DNA of 64,000 nt from Candidatus Nomurabacteria bacterium (GTDB lineage: Bacteria > Patescibacteriota > Minisyncoccia > Phycocordibacterales > UBA918). Each line of letters opens with the position of its first letter. Positions within the stretch are counted from its first letter, which is position 1. The notes beneath the pieces are model-generated. The model was not told the DNA's origin and did no database searches. It was given only the letters and a program-made list of their open reading frames with translations. The stretch covers positions 144,502-208,501 of the forward strand of contig JACKGF010000002.1 in assembly GCA_020632095.1 (NCBI GenBank), written 5' to 3'. A program made the translations under genes and the position numbers. Below are positions 8,918-17,175 of the stretch, piece after piece.

Positions 8918-10423
8918 CTACTGTGGCTCGTTTATATTTACAACACCCTCTGCTTCTTCTTGTACAGCATCTAAAACACCCCAAAGCGCATTGATTACTT
9001 CTTCACCTAAAAAATCAGCAAGTTGTCCAGAGGGCCTTTCTTTACCAATAACTTGAGCAGTACGAAGAGTCCAATGAATTCTTCTTGTATCTAAAATCTG
9101 CTCTAGCTCCTTTATCACAGGCTTAACATCATGAGTCTTTCTGTCCCAAGTCGCAGCTGTTCGTAATAATTCTGCTTTAGCCCCGAAAGTATCTGCTTGG
9201 CTAACAATCAATTGGACAGCATCTGTCCAATTAGTTCCCAAAGCTGTAAGTACATCATCAGTTATATATAGATTTTCTGACTCATGGCAAGATAGTTGAA
9301 TATACTTAATCTGATCTTGAGGATTCTCTGAGCTTGGGGTCGGCTTACCCTTATCAGCATCAATAAGAGCATACCCTGCTAACCCAAGTATAGGATCACG
9401 TAATGCAGAAAAAATTTGTTGAAGTGATTTTTGATATTGTTTAATTTCCTCACCTTGTGAAGGTATAACAGAAAAAGAAACTACATGGTGTCGAGGAATT
9501 TGACTCCAAATTCTATAATCATCATCACCTTCTACCAAAAGTATTGGAACTCCAAATAGTGGACCCATAAGTGCATGGCCACCTAAACAGGCGGAAAGTT
9601 CCTTTGTGACATTATCAAAAGGCTTTGCTTCAAATGTATCATTTGCTCTATTAAGGTAAACAACGCTGGATGACTCCCCAGCAAATTGACCTACCGAAGC
9701 CATTAACGTAGTACTGTGTGTAGCTATTATAATTTGAAGAGAATACTTTTCTGCGACTTGTATCAAAAAATCGGCGAACCTAACTTGTAAATCAGGATGG
9801 ATATGCGCATCTGGCTCATCGATAAGCATTATTCTCTCTGACTTCTGTTCTATTTCCCAAATAGCAGAAACTGTTAGTACATCGAGACCAATCGTCAATA
9901 GTTGAGCTTCACCACTACTTAGCTGTTCAATACCAGATACTCTAGTTTGATCTAAGGCTCTGGTTAGTAAATACGGAGGATTTTCTTTACTATTTAGTTC
10001 AATTTGGAAGTCTGGTATCAACTGACTGATTAAACCCTCTAAATCTGAGGGGTCACCCAAATCACCATATTCAACACCTTTTCTGATACCACCTCTTGTT
10101 GTGAAATATGCTGGTATTCTAGTAATAACATGTTGCCGATAATCAGCTGAATAATTTCCCTTACTGTACTCACTACGCTTAGTACTACTCAACTCTTCTT
10201 GAAGCCATGCTGGTTGCATATCCAAGGTTCCCGTTCTCTCTGGAATTACATAATGGATACTATCAACAGCCTGATCCCTAAGTGATCTCAGTAGTAGACT
10301 TTTACCAGAACCATTTTTACCAAATAGAATAGTTACAGAATTTAAATTAGTAACTGACCAATTACCACCACCAAGAGGACTTGGTCGAGGAATAGTAATT
10401 GAATTCCTATAGGGTAATCTCAT
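8918..10423 (-). CDS. OLD-family ATP-dependent endonuclease (ABC-type ATPase plus TOPRIM)
   Basis: Walker A GKNGSGKS, Walker B/D-loop LIDEPDAHIHP, C-terminal TOPRIM-like PILLVEGDDDYRIW. Confidence 0.75.
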   Translation of the reverse strand: MRLPYRNSITIPRPSPLGGGNWSVTNLNSVTILFGKNGSGKSLLLRSLRDQAVDSIHYVIPERTGTLDMQPAWLQEELSSTKRSEYSKGNYSADYRQHVITRIPAYFTTRGGIRKGVEYGDLGDPSDLEGLISQLIPDFQIELNSKENPPYLLTRALDQTRVSGIEQLSSGEAQLLTIGLDVLTVSAIWEIEQKSERIMLIDEPDAHIHPDLQVRFADFLIQVAEKYSLQIIIATHSTTLMASVGQFAGESSSVVYLNRANDTFEAKPFDNVTKELSACLGGHALMGPLFGVPILLVEGDDDYRIWSQIPRHHVVSFSVIPSQGEEIKQYQKSLQQIFSALRDPILGLAGYALIDADKGKPTPSSENPQDQIKYIQLSCHESENLYITDDVLTALGTNWTDAVQLIVSQADTFGAKAELLRTAATWDRKTHDVKPVIKELEQILDTRRIHWTLRTAQVIGKERPSGQLADFLGEEVINALWGVLDAVQEEAEGVVNINEPQ

Positions 10424-10570
10424 AAAGCTACTGTATCAGTTTATTTTTGTTTGACTAGTTTCTAGTAATTCACAATAGAATTAATTACTAAGAATAGCTC
10501 TAGTAATTTCAACCAGATGTTCAGGATTTGTTCGCAGGTCAACCTCTATTACCATTTGATTTTCATTTCA

Positions 10571-10597
10571 ACTACGGAGGTCGGTCCTCCGTAAACC
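10571..10597. repeat. repeat unit A' (copy of 8653-8679, 3 mismatches)
   Basis: ACTACGGAGGTCGGTCCTCCGTAAACC vs ACTCCGGAGGTTGGTCCTCCGTGAACC. Confidence 0.8.
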
Positions 10598-10933
10598 AGA
10601 TAATAATTTTAACATAACAAAGCCCGGTGTTTAACCGGACTTCATATAAATTTATTTTTCACACTTGTTTACGTTAATTAATACCAAGTAAATCAAGAGT
10701 TGTTGACTGGTTATCGCAATCTGTGAGCTGACAGCCGAAGTAAATCTTCAGGACCACCCATCTATTGTTACACCAAACCAATAAGCCAATTTCTATTTTC
10801 TGTTTATTGAATCACCTTAATGGTTAAATTCTTTTTAAATACTATATTGACTAATAGATTCGTGAAGCGCAGAACAAGTTACCTGCCTTCACTCTTAATA
10901 CACCTACACAAGAAAAATATTTCACTTCTGTAC

Positions 10934-10958
10934 GAGTTAACTGCCGGACAGGGACTCG
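10934..10958. repeat. attL-like direct repeat: displaced copy of tRNA-Gln 3' end
   Basis: CTGCCGGACAGGGACTCG (10941-10958) identical to 17019-17036; flanking GAGTT also shared. Confidence 0.7.
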
Positions 10959-11066
10959 GTCAGGAGTCACTAACTATAATTGTTCACTTCGTTCCAATTC
11001 TAGTAAGTGCTCACGACCCTGGCGGGTCAAACAGTCTCCCAGACTGTTTGCTTCCGCCTTTCTCAT

Positions 11067-11142
11067 CCCTATCTCGGGAGCTTAAAACGACAAAAATACC
11101 CAGCCTGAAGCTGGGTATTTTTGTCGTAGCTGGCTGTCTGGG
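11067..11142. repeat. repeat unit B' (copy of 8684-8760, about 95 % identity)
   Basis: CCCTATCTCGGGAGCTTAAAACGACAAAAATACCCAGCCTGAAGCTGGGTATTTTTGTCGTAGCTGG... Confidence 0.8.
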
Positions 11143-11194
11143 ACGATGTTCGAACTTTTTTAATAACTTAAAGTAAGTGACTAGGTACCAAAAC

Positions 11195-12496
11195 CTATTT
11201 TGCTTTCTTCTCTACCACAGCGTCAACTGCCTGCTTGACTATGACTTCATCAGGAATCATTTCATACAGCTTATCAACCATAACCATGAGATTATCGACT
11301 CCAATACTCACCACGTTTTCTTTTTTTTCTTTCTTGGAATTCTCCTCAACCTTTGCACCTACCTCCTGTTTAAAAGGCTCTGTGTAAATAGACTTAAAGG
11401 TATCTATTGAAAAATCAAGCACACGTTTATTGTCTTTAAATTTATCAAGCAAGAATTCAATATGGTTTCTAACCGCTGCAGCACTAGCTGCTTTAAAAGC
11501 ATACTTTTCCAAAAATTGTCTTTCTTTTGAGTATTGGACTGCTGAAAATAGTACTAGAAAAATAAGCGGCGATGTATAAGCAAAGCGTGTAAAAAAGCCT
11601 TCAATACCTGTAAGGTCTTTCAAACTCAATTCTATTAGTATCAACAAAATAATTCCGCCCAACATCAGATACTTCCATGAAAATAAGTCTGAATCTAAGC
11701 TTTTCGAAATTTCATTCTTTCTCTTTTCAAACGTATGAGCAAAACTACCGTCAATCACCAATCCTGACACTTCCTCAACTTGATTTTTCTTCTCATTAAC
11801 CTCATCCAAAGAAGTCTTGATGTCACTCAAAAAATCTGTAGAGCGTTGCTTAATGTCGACAATCTCTTTTTCATTCGTTTTGGAGACTTTCAGTGATTCA
11901 TTTATCTCTGCGACTAGTTTAACTGAATCTAACTGAGCCTGCTGGACAAGCTTAAGAACAGCATCTAAGCCCGAGTTCTTATCATCAATCTTCTTCTTAA
12001 TTTCAGTAAATTCAACAAAAGCTGTTTTCATTGCTTCAGCCTTTTGTTGGAAATCAACCAACAACTTGTCAGATTTACTCAAATTCTCCTCTGCACTCTT
12101 TTTATACTTCGCAATATCCTCATCTAAACTCCTTGAGCTTTTTAAAAGTGCCGTAATTTCGCCATCATTACCCCGTACCTGACCTTCTAGAGCGGCTGCA
12201 CTTTTACTCAATTCTTGAAGCTTGTCTATTGTTGTTTTGGCAGCATCTAAGTATCCACTTATACCAGTACGTGTCTCTTGTATCTGGTCAAGTGAAACCT
12301 TTGCTTGATTTTGCAGTGCCTGCACTCCAGTCTTGATTTCATCCGTTTCAGTTACAATACTTTCAGCAGCATCACTTGCCTTTTGATAACGAATCTCCAA
12401 CCCTTCGATGTTATCCAAGGTTTTCTTTGCTTTTGTATACCGCCCTTTGACTGTTTCAAGGAATTGTTTTATTTCGGCAATTTGCTGTTCATCCAT
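11195..12496 (-). CDS. coiled-coil protein with two central TM helices (cargo of element; possible effector)
   Basis: about 270 aa E/K/Q/L-rich heptad N-terminus, TM helices LMLGGIILLILIELSL and SPLIFLVLFSAV, about 110-aa C-terminal domain. Confidence 0.5.
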   Translation of the reverse strand: MDEQQIAEIKQFLETVKGRYTKAKKTLDNIEGLEIRYQKASDAAESIVTETDEIKTGVQALQNQAKVSLDQIQETRTGISGYLDAAKTTIDKLQELSKSAAALEGQVRGNDGEITALLKSSRSLDEDIAKYKKSAEENLSKSDKLLVDFQQKAEAMKTAFVEFTEIKKKIDDKNSGLDAVLKLVQQAQLDSVKLVAEINESLKVSKTNEKEIVDIKQRSTDFLSDIKTSLDEVNEKKNQVEEVSGLVIDGSFAHTFEKRKNEISKSLDSDLFSWKYLMLGGIILLILIELSLKDLTGIEGFFTRFAYTSPLIFLVLFSAVQYSKERQFLEKYAFKAASAAAVRNHIEFLLDKFKDNKRVLDFSIDTFKSIYTEPFKQEVGAKVEENSKKEKKENVVSIGVDNLMVMVDKLYEMIPDEVIVKQAVDAVVEKKAK

Positions 12497-12555
12497 TACT
12501 TAATAATAAACACCCGATGTAGTCATTGTGTCAAACACAAAGCTATGGTCTAAAC

Positions 12556-13092
12556 TTATTTAACAATGTATTCAGACATCTCAGCAACTATATTCCTAAA
12601 ATTATCTCCAACGTTGATTCTTCTGAGTGTTAGTTCAGCATCCTCAAAAACGCCATCAACTAACTGGTCACGCTCCATTCGACTAGGTTTATTATGAGAA
12701 CCACCGTCTAGTTCAATTGCCAGTAACGGCGTCATTCTGTCGTTACAAATCAAGAAATCGACGTGTTTTGGCAATATTTGATTACGTCTTTGGTAGTAGC
12801 CATTACCATTAACAACATCCACCATATCGGCAATACGCATTTTAGGAAAAACGAAGTAATTTTCTGGCAAACCTGACAGCAAAGCTTGAAACAGCGCCAT
12901 TTCACTATCGTTCATAATCACAGCTTTCTTTTTGTACTCCCGTTGTTTTTCAACCACTACTTCCCTGACGACTTTCTGTTTAAAGGGTGAGATTAACTTA
13001 TAGAAAAGCCATTTAATAAATAACGCACACAGTAGAAGAAAGATTACAAGAAAGACTAGATTGAAAAGTAACTGCAACAAATTAGTTTCCAT
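12556..13092 (-). CDS. DUF2726-like (restriction-endonuclease-fold / NERD-like) protein with N-terminal TM anchor
   Basis: N-terminal hydrophobic helix; YFVFPKMRIADMV..VDFLICNDRMTPLLAIELDGGSH..RDQLVDGVFEDAELTLRRI pattern typical of DUF2726. Confidence 0.55.
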   Translation of the reverse strand: METNLLQLLFNLVFLVIFLLLCALFIKWLFYKLISPFKQKVVREVVVEKQREYKKKAVIMNDSEMALFQALLSGLPENYFVFPKMRIADMVDVVNGNGYYQRRNQILPKHVDFLICNDRMTPLLAIELDGGSHNKPSRMERDQLVDGVFEDAELTLRRINVGDNFRNIVAEMSEYIVK

Positions 13093-13149
13093 ATGTGCTA
13101 ACTATAGTCTGTAGAACTTTAGTTATCAAATTCATACTCTGGATAGCAA

Positions 13150-13359
13150 ATGACTAAGCCTATCCTAGTAAAGTTTGGAAAGCGTGTTCGGACAATCCGA
13201 GCCGAGCAAGGCATCTCCCAAGAGAGACTTGGTGAACTGGCTGGCGTTCACAGAACGTACGTTGGAATGATTGAACGAGGTGAGAAAAACATCACTCTGA
13301 CCAACATTGAAAAAATCGCTAAAGCACTGAGGGTGCCCCTGAAATCTCTAGTGGATTAG
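13150..13359 (+). CDS. XRE-family helix-turn-helix transcriptional regulator
   Basis: TIRAEQGISQERLGELAGVHRTYVGMIERGEKNITLTNIEKIAKAL is a classic Cro/C1 HTH. Confidence 0.8.
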   Translation: MTKPILVKFGKRVRTIRAEQGISQERLGELAGVHRTYVGMIERGEKNITLTNIEKIAKALRVPLKSLVD

Positions 13360-13393
13360 GGATAATTACCCACCAACGTGATTTTATGGTTCA

Positions 13394-14263
13394 ATGGCGA
13401 CAATGTCGCTACAAGACCAGAAAATTGCAAAAACTCTTGAATTACTCGTCATGCTGTCACGTTCAAAACAGCAGTTTTCGCATGGTCAATCGGATGAGGA
13501 GAAGGCCACTCTACGCATAAGCCGACAACTAATCACTGATTCACAACTTTCAGTGCCGGAATTTACAAACGCTCTGCACGCTATAGCTGAAAAAGGATAC
13601 CTGTGGCATGTAGTTATTTTTGATGAAAATCTTCGTTCGCAGATGAATGAATTCATCAATAGTCCTCAATACTCAGAAGTAGTAGATAGACTTAAAGAAC
13701 TCGACACTAAAGATACTTCGGATAAATTAAAGCAATCAGCTGTCACAGACCTCAAAAAAATTATCCCTCATGGTACACAGGTAAACCAAGAGTTAGTAGA
13801 CCAAGATTTTATAAAAATATCAGAAGCCTTTTCTGTAGGAATAGGGTCATTCAAACAGATGCGTCCTGATGAAATTGGACTGGTTATCTTAATGCCTTTT
13901 CGAGATATCTCTGTTCTCTTAGACAAAATCAACAATGATGAAAAATTTGATGAAATCAGAAATGACGGCTTTTGGTATGACCAACAGAATTTTATCTTTT
14001 ACATTGATGAATCACCCATCCCGACAAGTTACCGAGGCAATCCAAATTTAGAGCACTATATCATTGCAAGCTTCTACAACAACCCTAAGCTTAAAAGCAT
14101 TGACTACGAAGAAATGGTTGGATTTGACCCCTCCAAGACTAATGAGTCATACCAACATGCAATGCGCAGGTTTATCGAAAAACATCCATCACTTGAAAGG
14201 ATTTTTACACCCCATAAGTACAGCACTGAGTTCCATTCTGACAGATACAACCACACTCCATAA
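13394..14263 (+). CDS. hypothetical protein (element cargo)
   Basis: 289-aa ORF co-directional with and 35 nt after the XRE gene; no recognisable motif. Confidence 0.45.
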   Translation: MATMSLQDQKIAKTLELLVMLSRSKQQFSHGQSDEEKATLRISRQLITDSQLSVPEFTNALHAIAEKGYLWHVVIFDENLRSQMNEFINSPQYSEVVDRLKELDTKDTSDKLKQSAVTDLKKIIPHGTQVNQELVDQDFIKISEAFSVGIGSFKQMRPDEIGLVILMPFRDISVLLDKINNDEKFDEIRNDGFWYDQQNFIFYIDESPIPTSYRGNPNLEHYIIASFYNNPKLKSIDYEEMVGFDPSKTNESYQHAMRRFIEKHPSLERIFTPHKYSTEFHSDRYNHTP

Positions 14264-14509
14264 ACCTATCAATTGTACTCAACCAGTGACCAATACCCTA
14301 GAGGTAATGGTCATTTTTAGTAAATCAATCATTGAAGAATACAGAGCCGAGATGGCTAACACCTACGGTGTTTTCGTGAGTGATGCTGATGCCCAGATAC
14401 AGTTACTAAGACTTGTTCGCAGTATGTTTCCTAATGTCATTACGACTACTGGCATGCGAGAGCCTGTCGCAGGGGATGGCGTGTGCCGACCCTGCGCAGG
14501 CTCGCCTGA

Positions 14510-14540
14510 CGAAGTCGGGGCTAGTATTACCCCGACTTCG
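14510..14540 (+). promoter_or_regulatory. rolling-circle origin stem-loop with nonanucleotide TAGTATTAC
   Basis: CGAAGTCGGGG-CTAGTATTA-CCCCGACTTCG: 11-bp perfect stem with circovirus/nanovirus-type nonamer at 14522-14530, 28 nt upstream of Rep ATG; second imperfect hairpin at 14458-14504. Confidence 0.75.
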
Positions 14541-14567
14541 GGACAAGATAATTAATAAATAAATTAA

Positions 14568-15515
14568 ATGGATAATAATGATATAAAAAGCGCTCGATAT
14601 TGCTTTACGATTCACAATTACACAAAAGACGAACTGAAACAGTTCCACCAATTAGCTCAGTCCCTAGAAAAGCACCGATTTATTGCCTACGGATTAGAAG
14701 TCGCTCCAGACACTGGAACACCTCACATTCAAGGCTATGTTGAACTTAACAAATCACAGAGATTTACCTTTCTTCACAATTACTTCAACATCAAACGTGG
14801 GAAGAAACTATTAAAATTTCATGTGGAAATTGCAAACGGTACTGCTGAGCAAAATCGAAAATATTCAAGCAAAGAAGGTAACTATTTTGAGTTTGGTGAA
14901 CCAGCAACCCAAGGTAGTCGAACCGACTTGAAAGAAATTAAAAGATTACTAAAAGAAAATCCCAACAACCTCGTTGCTGTCATCGAAGAACATGGGAATA
15001 ACTATCAGCAGATACGATTCGCTGAGACACTGCAACCATATTTCATGGCAGACCGTGACCCTGATAATCCTCCAACGGTAATTTGGATTTTTGGTTCAAC
15101 TGGAATTGGAAAAACGTCAATGGTGTATAGAACTTTCGGAAAAGAAAACGTCTGTTCAGTCTCTGCATACAACTGGCTCGGCACTGGATATAGACAACAA
15201 GAATGTTTCCTTATGGACGACTTCCGAGCTGATGATTTAGCCTTCAACACTCTTCTAAAAATTACTGACCGCTTCCCTTTCACCCTAGAGCGTAAGGGTG
15301 GACAAGTTCCCTTAAATTCGCCTTACATCATCTTCACCTCACCAAGAGCAATTAGGTACACCTATCTGAGCATCGGTGAAAAGGTCGAACAGCTACTTCG
15401 TAGAGTAAAAGAAATTAACCTAGACTTAATAATTGATGACTCTGGAATAGACCTGAGAAATCTAGATGAGAAATACGTTTACAAATACGTCAATTATCCT
15501 AAGGATGACTTCTAG
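14568..15515 (+). CDS. rep: CRESS-DNA-virus-type replication initiator Rep (HUH endonuclease plus SF3 helicase)
   Basis: motif I CFTIHNY, motif II PHIQGY, motif III YSSKEG; Walker A GSTGIGKTS, Walker B LMDDF, motif C IIFTSP. Confidence 0.85.
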   Translation: MDNNDIKSARYCFTIHNYTKDELKQFHQLAQSLEKHRFIAYGLEVAPDTGTPHIQGYVELNKSQRFTFLHNYFNIKRGKKLLKFHVEIANGTAEQNRKYSSKEGNYFEFGEPATQGSRTDLKEIKRLLKENPNNLVAVIEEHGNNYQQIRFAETLQPYFMADRDPDNPPTVIWIFGSTGIGKTSMVYRTFGKENVCSVSAYNWLGTGYRQQECFLMDDFRADDLAFNTLLKITDRFPFTLERKGGQVPLNSPYIIFTSPRAIRYTYLSIGEKVEQLLRRVKEINLDLIIDDSGIDLRNLDEKYVYKYVNYPKDDF

Positions 15516-15551
15516 TGCATAATGCTACTTATAGTCATCATCTGAATCATT

Positions 15552-17066
15552 ATGAGTAAATATGTCCTCTATGCACGAAAGTCCTCTGAAAGCGAAGATA
15601 GGCAAGTAAAATCACTAGACGCACAAGAGTCTGAAATGCTCACCATTGCTAAGCGTGAAGGACTAGAGATTGTAGAAATCATTCGTGAATCACATTCAGC
15701 AAAAACAACGAAGCAACGACCCGAATTCAACCGAATGATTAAGGGTGTACAGTCTGGCAAATACACTGCCATTCTGACATGGGCACCTGACCGAATCTCT
15801 CGTAACGCTGGTGACCTTGGTGTAGTCATTGACCTAATGGACGCAGGAAAACTTCAATGTGTAAAAACCTACTCACAAACGTTCTTCAATGACCCATACA
15901 GCAAGTTCATGTTTATGATGCTCGGCTCCCAAGCCAAGCTAGAAAACGACCAAAAGAGCTTGAATGTAAAACGAGGTAACCGAGAAAAGCTAAAACGTGG
16001 CGACTGGATTAATTCAGCGCCTTTTGGCTATTTGAATGACAAAGCAACTAAGACTATTGTCCTAGACCCTGAACGAGCTCCATATGTATCTCAAATGTTT
16101 GAACTGTATTCATCTGGACTCTATAGCCTTAAACAAATAGCTTCCCTTTTGTTTGATAAAGGACTACGCACTAAAGGCGGTAAAAAACTAAGTGCTGGTC
16201 AAATTCATAAAATCATCAACCGCACCTTCTACTATGGGGTTATGGAATCTGACGGAAAATACTATCAAGGCAATCACGAACCTATAATCTCTCAGAAACT
16301 ATTCGAACAGTGCCAAGAAATATCTGGAAGCAAATCACGACCTCGCAAGAAAACGAAGGGCTTTACCCTATCTGGATTCATTACTTGCGATAAGTGTGAC
16401 TGTGCCGTTACTGCCGAATTAAAGAAAGGTAAATATATTTACTATCATTGCACTAATGGTAAGGGTATTTGTGACCAAAAATCTTTCAATACAAACGAAG
16501 ATACTCTCCATGACTTTATTACTCTAGACATGAAAAAGCTAAAGATTAGTCAAAGAATGGTAGATATCGTATACACAGCGAAACTAGAAGAATTAAAACA
16601 ATCTGGTGACTTTCATAACCATGCACTAGACACTGCTCGTAAAGCTCTAGAATCGCTCTCTATGCGTAAATCAAGGCTGATTGATACCTTCACTGCTGGC
16701 GACATAGAAGAGACACTATATCGTGAAAAACTACTAACACTCGATAATGAGAAGGTGAACCTAGAAAAACAAATCGTTGAAATTGAGAAAAATAACCCTG
16801 ACCCGTACACAACTATCGAACTCGTCTATAATCAGTTTAAACGAGGCTATACAATGTCGAAACGGTACAGAGATGCTTCACCAGAAGAAAAACGAGAAAT
16901 TCTCTCAGACGCACTATCGAACTCCAAGCTACTAGATAGAAATATCGTTGATTTACAATACAAAAGCCCGTACGATGTGTTCGCACGGACTCCTGTAAAT
17001 GCCTCTTTTTCAGAGTTGCTGCCGGACAGGGACTCGAACCCCGATAGACGGCACCAAAAACCGTAG
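15552..17066 (+). CDS. large serine recombinase/integrase
   Basis: N-terminal resolvase domain with catalytic Ser (YARKSSESEDRQ..SLDAQ), recombinase domain, Cys-rich zinc ribbon (CDKCDC..HCTNGKGIC), C-terminal coiled coil; last about 16 codons overlap the tRNA-Gln 3' end. Confidence 0.85.
   Translation: MSKYVLYARKSSESEDRQVKSLDAQESEMLTIAKREGLEIVEIIRESHSAKTTKQRPEFNRMIKGVQSGKYTAILTWAPDRISRNAGDLGVVIDLMDAGKLQCVKTYSQTFFNDPYSKFMFMMLGSQAKLENDQKSLNVKRGNREKLKRGDWINSAPFGYLNDKATKTIVLDPERAPYVSQMFELYSSGLYSLKQIASLLFDKGLRTKGGKKLSAGQIHKIINRTFYYGVMESDGKYYQGNHEPIISQKLFEQCQEISGSKSRPRKKTKGFTLSGFITCDKCDCAVTAELKKGKYIYYHCTNGKGICDQKSFNTNEDTLHDFITLDMKKLKISQRMVDIVYTAKLEELKQSGDFHNHALDTARKALESLSMRKSRLIDTFTAGDIEETLYREKLLTLDNEKVNLEKQIVEIEKNNPDPYTTIELVYNQFKRGYTMSKRYRDASPEEKREILSDALSNSKLLDRNIVDLQYKSPYDVFARTPVNASFSELLPDRDSNPDRRHQKP
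17013..17036. repeat. attR-like direct repeat (within intact tRNA-Gln 3' end)
   Basis: GAGTTG-CTGCCGGACAGGGACTCG; 18-mer identical to 10941-10958. Confidence 0.7.
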
Positions 17067-17088
17067 TCCTACCATTAGACGATCCGGC
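17020..17088 (-). tRNA. tRNA-Gln(TTG)-like (Glu/Gln-type D arm); integration target
   Basis: minus-strand RNA GCCGGAUCGUCUAAUGGUAGGACUACGGUUUUUGGUGCCGUCUAUCGGGGUUCGAGUCCCUGUCCGGCA; anticodon stem ACGGU/GCCGU, loop UUUUGGU; T-loop UUCGAGU; acceptor/D-arm geometry slightly non-canonical by hand folding. Confidence 0.55.
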
Positions 17089-17175
17089 AAGGGATCTGTT
17101 TCTGTCAGTTACTAAAAGATGTAATCAAATAGATATCTGCTTTGGTGGGCCTAGGATAGCATAAACTTCGTATAT

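Larger units (their letters stand above)
10934..17036. mobile_element. integrated about 6.1 kb element (CRESS-type Rep, ori stem-loop, large serine recombinase, XRE, cargo) at tRNA-Gln 3' end
   Basis: 18-bp direct repeats of the tRNA 3' end at both boundaries; recombinase adjacent to the att/tRNA; Rep plus nonanucleotide ori inside. Confidence 0.7.

Noticed and set aside
10820-11176. 118-aa plus-strand ORF
   Set aside because: It runs across the attL repeat, a 9-bp hairpin and repeat B'. Its composition is that of non-coding repeat DNA.
14064-14555. 163-aa ORF overlapping the end of the 289-aa cargo gene
   Set aside because: Its 3' half is a translation of the GC-rich origin hairpins (…CRPCAGSPDEVGASITPTSG…). 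I interpret this region as the non-coding ori.
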